A stretch of DNA of 64,000 nucleotides from positions 111,166,001 through 111,230,000 of the forward strand of contig OX597816.1 of assembly GCA_951406725.2 (NCBI GenBank), read 5' to 3'. Shown piece by piece: positions 54,948-64,000 of the stretch. The translations under genes and the position numbers were made by a program. The stretch comes from Octopus vulgaris. Its lineage: Eukaryota. Each line of letters opens with the position of its first letter. Within the stretch, counting starts at the first letter, position 1. The notes beneath the pieces are model-generated. The model saw only the letters and a program-made list of their open reading frames with translations, made no database searches and had not been told where the DNA came from.

Positions 54948-57410
54948 TAGTTTTATTTTTATAGCGTGCTTTCACTTCACTACCGAGCGCAGCTCTGTGT
55001 GCCTTGGGTATGTGCTGTGATTTGTTGTGATGCTCTCATGGTTATTGTATGGAAAGTGTTCTGCGAAGGATGTGTGCAGTGCCTAGTAGTGCAATTTTCT
55101 GTATGTTATATGTGTTTGTAAGTCCTGGTGTTTTTGTTACGTATTTGTCTGAATATTTTTTTATCATGCCTAATGCACCTACTATGATAGGAATTGTTTC
55201 TGTTTTCAGGTTCCACATTCTAGTTATCTCTATTTCCAGGTCTTTGTATTTTGAGAGTTTCTCCATTTCTTTTAGAGACACGTTGTCATCTGCCGGTATT
55301 GATACATCAATTAGAAAGCATTTTTTTCTTCATGATCTCTGACAACTATATCTGGTCTGTTGGCCTTAATTTCTCTATCTGTGTGTATCGGCATATCCCA
55401 GAGTATGGTTGCTTTCTCGTTTTCTGTGACCTTTTCTGGTGTGTGCCTATACCATCTTTTTTCTGTTGTTATTCCATAATGTTGGCATAGCTTCCAATGT
55501 ATGTAGGTTCCAACTCTGTCATGTCTGTGAATATATTCCTTCTTAGCCAGGACTGGGCAGCTAGGGATAATATGATTTATTGTTTCTTGTCCATCTACAC
55601 ATATTCTGCAGTTACTTGTAATATTTCTTTTCATTACATGTTTTTGGTAATTTCTGGTGGGGAGGCTTTGGTCTTGTGCTGCAATTAAAAATCCCTCTGT
55701 TTCTGCTTTGAGTCCTGAGCTTCTCAACCATTGCTGGGATTTTTCTTTGTCTATTTCTTTTGCGTTTAGTTTAGTGCAGTATTTACCATGAAGGGCTTTT
55801 CTTGCCATCGTTTTATCATGGCTCGTTGCTGTTCTATTTTTAGTTTGGATTTCATTTGTTTTATAGCTTTTGTTGTTTCTTCATCATCTTCTTCTTCTTC
55901 TTTGTGTTTATTAGGTGGTATGATTTCTTGTTTGTATTTGTCAGCTTCCTTAAATACTGAGAACAGTTTTTTGTTTTGCTCGTGTTTTTCTGCTATCTGG
56001 ATCAGTTTTCCTTCCTTCTGAAGTAGGTATTTTTGCAGTCCTATGGTGGTTATTTTATAGTAGTTTTCCAGCTGTATAAGGGCTCTACCACCTTCTATAC
56101 GTTGTATATATAGTCTTTCTATGTCAGATTTTGGGTGATGCATCCTAGATCCTGTCAGTATTTTTCTTGTTTTCCTATCTATTTTGGACAGTTCATTTCG
56201 TGTCCAGTTAAGGATATTGTAGCTGTAACTTATAACTGGGACAGCTAAAGTGTTGATACCTATTATCTTGTTTTTAGCATTGAGCTCTGTTTTTAGTATT
56301 GATCTAACTCGTCTATAATATTCTTTTTTATTTTCTCTTTCATTTGTGTGTGTTGTGTCTTATCTAGTTCATGGATTCCTAAGTATTTGTAAGTTTGGCT
56401 TTGGTCTAATTCTTTTATTTCATTGGTTTTATCTAGTGTGATGTTGTTACTCTTAACTAGTTTTCCTCTTTTCATGGTTACTTTGACGCATTTTTCTAAT
56501 CCAAATTTCATATCTATTTCTTTGGTAAATCCATGAACTGTCTTTAATAGTGTTTTCAGCTGTTTGTCATTTGCAGCGTATAGTTTTAGGTCATCCATAT
56601 ATAAAAGGTGGCTGATCGTTTTGCCGTAACATTTATACCCGCATCCAGTTCTATTTAGCATATCAGATAGAGGTGACAGTGCCAAGCAGAAAAGGAGTGG
56701 AGAGAGCGTGTCTCCCTGGAATATTCCTCTTCTAATGGGGATGGCTTTGGTTTTCATGAGTCCCTCTTTTGTTTGGAGGTGTAGGGCTGTTTGCCATTTA
56801 TTCATAGAGTGCTCTATGAATTTTATGATTGTTGGTGCTACTTTGTTAATGGCTAGTGTTTCGAGGATCCATGTGTGGGGGATGCTATCAAACGCCTTTT
56901 TGTAGTCAATCCAGGCCATACTGAGGCCTTTCTTCTTTCTGTGGCTGTCTTCAGTTACGACTTTATTAATCATTAGTTGATCTTTACAGCCATATGAGCC
57001 CTTGCGGCATCCTTTCTGCTCTTCTGGGAACAGTTTGTTTTCGTCCAGGTGCTTGTTCAGCCTTTGCGATATCACTGCAGTAAATGCCTTGAACATAGTA
57101 GGGAGGCAGGTTATTGGTCTGTAGTTTTCTGGTTTTGTTGTTTCATTTGATTTGGGAATTAAGATGGTTTTTTCCACTTCGTGAGCCATTCAGGCATTGT
57201 CTCTGGCTCTGCTAGTATGCTGTTAAAGTTTTCAGCCAGCTTTTTGTACATTCCTGTTAGATATTTCAACCAGAAGTTGGGGATCTTGTCATGCCCAGGT
57301 GCCTTCCAGTTGCATAGTTTTTGCAGTGCCTGGGTGACCTCTTCAGTTGTTATGGGGGTCCAAAGTTGTTCAGATGCCGAGTTTGTTATTTTCATACTCC
57401 TTTTTTTTGG
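54945..57410 (-). mobile_element. R4/Dong-clade LINE copy 3 (RT + CCHC + RLE, several frameshifts)
   Basis: KAPGHDKI, YRPITCL, WIDYKKAFDS, GIFQGDTLSPLLF, HLLYMDDLK, CRIC, RPDIVV; 3' end aataaaactactg then (AAT)n. Confidence 0.93.
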
Positions 57411-57411
57411 C

Positions 57412-57563
57412 TGTTCGTTCGCCGACCATATTTCTCTCCAGTGTTCGTTCGCCGACCATATTTCTCTCCAGTGTTCGTTCGCCGACCATATTTCTCTCCA
57501 GTGTTCGTTCGCCGACCATAATTCTCTCCAGTTATCTTTCGCCGACCATATTTCTCTCCAGTT
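57412..57563. repeat. 30-bp tandem repeat x5 at the LINE 5' junction
   Basis: Unit gttcgttcgccgaccatatttctctccagt; the minus strand reads WREIWSANEH. Confidence 0.92.
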
Positions 57564-57582
57564 ATTATTATTATCGAACTCG

Positions 57583-57626
57583 GAGTTCGATTCCTGCCAG
57601 TGACCTGAATAATAATAATAATAATG

Positions 57627-57714
<88 letters not shown>

Positions 57715-57877
57715 CAACAGCAACAACAACATCGAAAAATACCTTAGGAATGAGAAACCATGTTCAAAATTTCTCCAAGACGCCTGATGAAGGCTGGAGG
57801 GTATATCAGCCGAAACGTTGTGTTAACAACAAACAAGATGAGGACAAATATCTGTCAAATGTAAATAATGTAAATAA
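57583..57877 (+). mobile_element. HHR-tailed SINE-like element, right arm (B-box remnant + (AAT)n + unique tail)
   Basis: gagttcgattcc (Pol III B-box-like), gtgacctg(AAT)n, then catcgaaaaataccttagg...HHR...aaatgtaaataa. Confidence 0.85.
57779..57824 (+). ncRNA. Minimal type I hammerhead ribozyme
   Basis: Stem I gacgc/gtgtt; CTGATGA 57784-57790; stem II GGCTG-10nt-CAGCC; GAAA 57812-57815; palindromic AACGTT stem III; GUU site, predicted cut after 57819. Confidence 0.7.
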
Positions 57878-58960
57878 GTAATATTTTATTTCACACAAAA
57901 GAGATAATTAATTACTGAGAGTTCACATTTCCACACATAGACAGAACTATGATTATATATTTTTGTGAATTAAACTAACGAGGTGCATAATTCCTGAAGT
58001 ATAAAATATTTTATATTGCCATTGTGGATTATATTGAGACACGGTCTGGTTTAAACGTCAAAAGAACAAACACATTGCACTGATTCAATGCTGAGATGCT
58101 AATGACCCTCAGTGATGAAATAACTCGCTCAATTAGAAGGCCTACTATTACACTGCATAGATTCATGAATGCCTATCTACTATATTGCCTCTGACATATA
58201 TTTAAATAACCTAGATAGTTATATTTTCCCTCTAGAGCAAGCACAAGGTTGTTTCAGTACTGTTCTAGGAATATTATTCCTCGTTCATATATAATTTGAT
58301 CTCTCTACAATTTTCATATATAAAGAGATTACTGAACTCACTAAATTGTTACTGTCACAAAACTAGAGAAGTTAGAACAGCCTCCAGATAATAAATCTCT
58401 TTCTCTCAGACTCAATAATGAAAACAAGAATGGGTTTATTATAATTTTACCGGTGCAATATCCCTTATTGTTTGCTTGAAAGAGTTAACACATCTCATTT
58501 GTAATATCTTCATATTTTGGCATGAACAAAATGTCGGAAATCAGTGCCCCAGGCTGAAACCAGTAAACGAAAATTAACGCAGAAACGTGGTCACATACAC
58601 AAGCGCATACATACGCATACATATATATGTGTAAGCGTGGGAATTTGTGAGAGTTTATGTGCATAAAATATACTCATGCAAATATTTCTATGAGCTAACA
58701 AGATCTTCACACAAACTCAATTACAACCAAAGCAGAGTTTGGAATTTATTTATTACCAAAAGGCCTCAATTTTTCTGTGGCTTTAGAGTACAAAATTGGC
58801 AATGATTATATTAAAAGAACTCATTTTGTTGGTGAAGAATGAAACTGTTTTAGTAGGTACCAAAACCATTTCATAGCTTTATTTTTCACCTCACGGCCTG
58901 CAACATATTGCTCTTCTGCTCCAATCGCTTTTCATAAACTTAGGAGTATTTTTCTGGGAA

Positions 58961-59037
<77 letters not shown>

Positions 59038-59185
59038 TGTATGTATGTATGTATGTATGTATGTATGCATAATGTATATGTATGTACGCATACACACACG
59101 CACACAAACACATACACACAAACACACACATGCGTATATATATACATATTTATGTATGTATGTATAGATAGATAGATAGATAGAT

Positions 59186-59324
<139 letters not shown>

Positions 59325-61384
59325 GTTAATCTACTACATTATCACAAACAAACAACATTTCTCGTCTGATTAACACAAGAATGCGATAAAGAATCTGAAT
59401 AAATGAGACTTTTATATAAAATTGGAATGTTAAGAAATAAATAGATACACGAACAGATAAATAGATGAAATAGTCAAACTGCCTCTGTATTGCTAATCTT
59501 CATTCTTATTGTTTATGCTTCACCACTTTCTTCAACATATCTTTCTGAACAATTGTTACACATGGATCGAAATCTAATATCGAATGGATATTGTTATGGT
59601 GCTTCCTATATGCTCTTTGAACCAATAAATACTGTACATTCATTTCACTTCCCTACATTCTGATAATGAAACACTGGGCAATGTATTATGCATTCGAAAG
59701 CATAGGGTTAAAGTAGCAGAGAATAACACTTCTATAGGTTACGTATTTATTCACAGATATGCCCCCTTTTCCATTGGTTCCTAACAGATTGATGATGATT
59801 CAGTATATATTCTGTACGGCTGAATTGTATTACACAGGAAATAAGCATTGCATCAAACCATATACTTACTTGTGCTTAAATTTCCCTCGAACTTCCCTTT
59901 TAATAATCTCTTCTTATCTCACATTGCGCTTCCCACTATCTTAAGTCACTCTCTTTCTCGCCCACTCAAAGTCTGTGATTTTCTTCTGTTACTCTTTCCA
60001 TTATTGCATTGCTACTTTTCTTATTTCAAATATTTTACACAGATATTAAGCTACTTTATTATTTTTAAATTTGTTTCTTCACATTGATTTCCCTGTAAAA
60101 AATTATTCATTTTAGATTGAAATCAATGCTGCTCCTGCATGGCTTTGACCGTTAATTCTAAAACAAATTAAACAACTAAAAATATATATGACAACTAAAG
60201 AATGTTCATCATGTACAGCTAACAATTCAGATTGCAGTGACATTATTTTGTAGCTGTCCCTACACTGCAACAACTGGAATCTAAGGATTCCTCATATATG
60301 AATCCTCACATTTATAAGTATATAAAGTACGAAAACAAATAATCAAGTGTATACGGTGATGTTCAAATCTATCAGAAAAAAGAAGCAACAATGTCAATGA
60401 TTAGAATTTCAAGATGGCATTAAAATAGTTTAGTTTCAGATCATAGGGAGCATGAAAGTGTGGAACAGATAAGAACCAAAATCTAGACTTAAAAAATAAA
60501 CCTTGTTTACTGTGTTCTTTTCCACTCATCAACAATACTTATTTCTTATATGACTATAGCCTTTCCAGTTGATAGAGGATAAAAAACAATAATTTATATT
60601 ATCATTGATGTTGATATCGATATCTTGTGTCAAAGCAGATCTCATGAAACAAAGCTGTGATCAAAAGGCATTCTAGCCGTGACCATCATATTTTGTTTAC
60701 AGATGCAATTTATCTCAGTTTAGATTATCCAATAAAAATTCGCTCAGGTTAAGGCAATAATGTGTGATGTACATGAAAGGATTCTCTTGCTAGTTTTGAG
60801 AAGTGCGGCTTTTCCAACAACCGTTGTTCCCCTCAGTTTGATGACTGAAAGTTGCAATCATTTTTTTTTCTGTGAATGTATTAACCATGTAACTTTAATG
60901 AAATGATTTCAATTTAATAATAAATACTATGTGTTTAATTTAGTTTATCAAGAAATCAGCTCTTAATACAGAAAAAGAACAAAGTAGTAAAACCCATCAT
61001 TAGGGTGGGGTCTATTCCATTTCTCAGACTGAGGTAGAACTAAGCAGTAACACGCACACTGGTTTTCACATATGGCATAATTTAGGGTCAAACACTTAGG
61101 GCTCTATAAATTAGATTCATTTTCCCTTTGTTCCTGAATTCTGGCTGTTAATGTGCCTTATATAACGTAATTTATAAATAGTTGTGATATTTTCATTTTT
61201 AAAGCGACTTCATAGTAATGCATTTATTTATTTCAGATGAATATGGTACTTAAGTCACACATGTATATGTATGTATGTATATACTAAGACGGTAAATATA
61301 TTTTTCTATTTTTCTTACTTTAGATATTAAACATTCGACTAGATGTTTTAATTTTAATATATTTGTTTTGCCTTAATTTCATCG

Positions 61385-61900
61385 ACCGCCGAGGTCAACC
61401 TTGTCTTCCATCCTTACGTGGTCCATAAAATAAGAACCAGTCAAGTTCTGAGACCAATGTAATCGACTAACCTCCTCCTCCAAACTTTCAGGACTTGTTC
61501 CTAAAATAGAAAAAAAGCGGCGGGCTGACGGAACTGTTTGCACGCCGGACAAAATGCTTAGCGGTATTCCGTCTGCCGTTACGTTCTAAGATCAAATTCC
61601 GCCGAGGTTGACTTTGCCTTTCATCCTTTCGGGGTCGATTAAATAAGTACCATTTACGCACTGGGGTCGATATAATCGACTTAATCCGTTTGTTTGTCCT
61701 TGTTTGTCTTCTCTGCGTTTACCCCCTTGTGGGTAGTAAAGAAATAGGTATTACACCAATCTTTACTTTGTAATTCAAATTCCATTGAGCTCGACTTTGT
61801 TTTCATCCTTTCGGGTTTGTTTTCATCCTTTCACAGAAGGTCGATGAAATTCCTAACCATCTTCCCCACAATTTGAAGCCTTGTGCCTATGGCAAAACTG
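61385..61900 (+). mobile_element. Cluster of SINEs: well-preserved copy 61517-61750 flanked by two partial older copies
   Basis: gccgaggttgactttgcctttcatcctttcggggtcgattaaataagtacc core, with diverged versions at ~61388 and ~61790. Confidence 0.85.
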
Positions 61901-63139
61901 ATTAATTACTTTTGATTAAGACCAGACACAAATCATCGTGAGAATCAAACAAGTAATTTTACAATTAATTGCACTTAATTTGATTTAAAACGTATTTAAA
62001 AACTTTAATACCGATACAGTTAATGCGATTTTAAAAATAAGATGTCGATAAGTGATAAAAATAAGATACGGTATTAACAGAAACAACATTTCATTCTCTT
62101 GGTATGAAGTTTTACTTTGGAGCTTAGTTGGCTATGGATAACTTACAACGTTTAAGTAGCTAAACGTAAGCCACTGGGTAGATCAGAAAAGTTAAAACTG
62201 ACGTTTATAGTGTACGTCATTTGCCACTTTAAGAATTTACATTGTTAAGGAAATGATCTATTATATACGTAATTAAGAATGATCAGTGAGTTACAAGGAA
62301 GCGCGCAGCTGATGATTTTAGTACACGCTGCTCATCAGTGGGTATAAAATAGCAAAATGGAATAGTTTGCTGAGAGTGGCTGAGGTGTAACAGATACCTT
62401 TTAAATGATCATGTGTATTAATTTTCAATGCAGTTGTGGATATACAAGAAGTTATTTCTGCTCTAAGGTACAAGAATATTTTCAGGTTCATGCTGCTATT
62501 TAAAACTACAAAGCCAAATAAATTGGAAATACCATTCTCGTGAAAAACAATAGAATCGTTAGTAGCAGAAAAAATAAAGTAATTAACCACGCCTATGCAG
62601 TGAGAATGGCTTTCGTTAAATTAAACAGCTTTTTGCAAACACTTACCACTCTTTATGTAAATTCATCAATGAAGAATATACTGAAGAAGAACTTACCTGA
62701 TTAGTAGTAAGAATATTATTATATTGGTGTACACTAATGTGCATGAGTAGGTATCAAATAATTTCATAATGAATGTGAGAAATTACCCAGATAACAAACT
62801 TCTCTATATATGATAATTTAGCTAATGCGACTGTGCTCAATGTACTGAAAGAAATGTAATTAATAATAATTATTATTTGATCAAAAGAAGGTAATATGAG
62901 GTCAGGGATAAGTATTATCTTAGTCCGATTTTGGCAAAAACAGGCGATTGATTACTCTGCATGTGTTACAGTCGTATTACACCACTTCAAGGAAGTGTTG
63001 CATCCTCCGCTTCTGTTTGATTAGTGTTAGAGAATCACTATATATACGTACAGTAACATAAACAAAAAGGTGATATTACCCGACGACAAGATCCACGCAA
63101 AATGTGACAGTAAAGACAGTATAATTCTGTAGTGGGGAA

Positions 63140-63228
<89 letters not shown>

Positions 63229-63247
63229 TAATAATAATAATAATAAA

Positions 63248-64000
63248 CTGAAGGATCCTACCAAAATTTACAACAACAACCATGGGAAGACATCACAATA
63301 GCAGACCTAAGAAAGGCACTCACGAAGGCCCATAATTGGAAATCCCCCGGTAAAGATAGGGTGCCGAATTTCTGGCTCGCATCGCTCCCATGCGCACACG
63401 GTAAGCTAGTTCAGCTGCTCAATCGAATTATGAGAGACCCAAAGAAAACACCTGAATGGTTAGCAAGTGGCATTACTTACCTACTCCCAAAGAATAACGA
63501 AACCAACCTTCCAAATAACTATCGGCCTATAACCTGTCTATCCACCACGTATAAAATCCTAACATCTATCCTGGCGGAGAAAACATATGCATTCATGGAG
63601 AAGAACGATATTTTCCCCATTGAACAAAAAGGGTGCCGCCGAGGCTCTTACGGATGCAAAGATCAACTGCTAATCAATCGTATGATCCTTGAGAACTGTC
63701 ACAACAAGCGCAGAAATCTCAGCACCGCATGGATTGACTATAAAAAGGCCTTCGACAGTATACCGCATCCATGGATCTTGAGATCGCTGGACATCTTCAA
63801 GATTTCCCCTGTGATTTCAAACTTCCTGAACCACAATATGTCGTTGTGGAATACGAATCTCCAATTATACCACTCTAATGGAGTACTTGCCTCAGAAAAT
63901 ATAAACATCAACTGTGGAATTTTTCAAGGTGACTCACTTTCACCTTTAATATTCTGCATAGCCCTAATACCCCTGACAAGTGAATTAAACAGAACAGGGT
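63248..64000 (+). mobile_element. Second R4/Dong-clade LINE subfamily, 5'-truncated, open reading frame running off the window end
   Basis: Manual translation shows no stop: HNWKSPGKDRVPNFW, NYRPITCL, EQKGCRRGSYGCKDQL, WIDYKKAFDSIPH, GIFQGDSLSPL; begins right after (AAT)n 63140-63246; absent from the ORF track because no stop codon is reached. Confidence 0.9.

Noticed and set aside
57412-57563. Possible CRISPR array (30-bp repeats)
   Set aside because: Units are directly adjacent with no unique spacers, the context is eukaryotic, and there are no cas genes
54671-57877. DNA transposon with long TIRs carrying an RT gene
   Set aside because: No TSD or transposase; the arms are unequal SINE-like copies and the symmetry centre is at 57582, which fits fold-back plus later LINE insertion
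62318-62590. 90-aa minus-strand ORF and nearby gtaag donor-like sites
   Set aside because: No recognisable domain and no coherent exon structure

Overview
Eukaryotic, AT-rich, repeat-dense window with no convincing host gene. The SINE families and the (TA)n, (AAT)n and (GATA)n tracts look cephalopod/Octopus-like, which is an inference. The main feature is a very young, intact Penelope-like retroelement of Naiad type (895-aa RT + GIY-YIG ORF). It is inserted as a 1.73-unit head-to-tail tandem (4476-10746) with a type I hammerhead ribozyme (HHR) in each unit. Two unrelated non-coding HHR-bearing elements are also present. One is a ~504-bp retrozyme-like monomer with 16-bp terminal repeats (3539-4058). 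The other is a SINE-like element with a tRNA B-box remnant and an HHR tail, present as a fold-back inverted dimer centred on a perfect palindrome at 57582 and later interrupted by a LINE. Other content: several R4/Dong-clade RLE LINEs sitting in (TAA)n tracts, two decayed Penelope-like elements, a pogo-type transposon with TIRs, hAT, Chapaev-like and mariner relics, a BEL/Pao fragment, an RTE 3' end and many SINEs. All family assignments come from motif recognition by eye; no database search was run.
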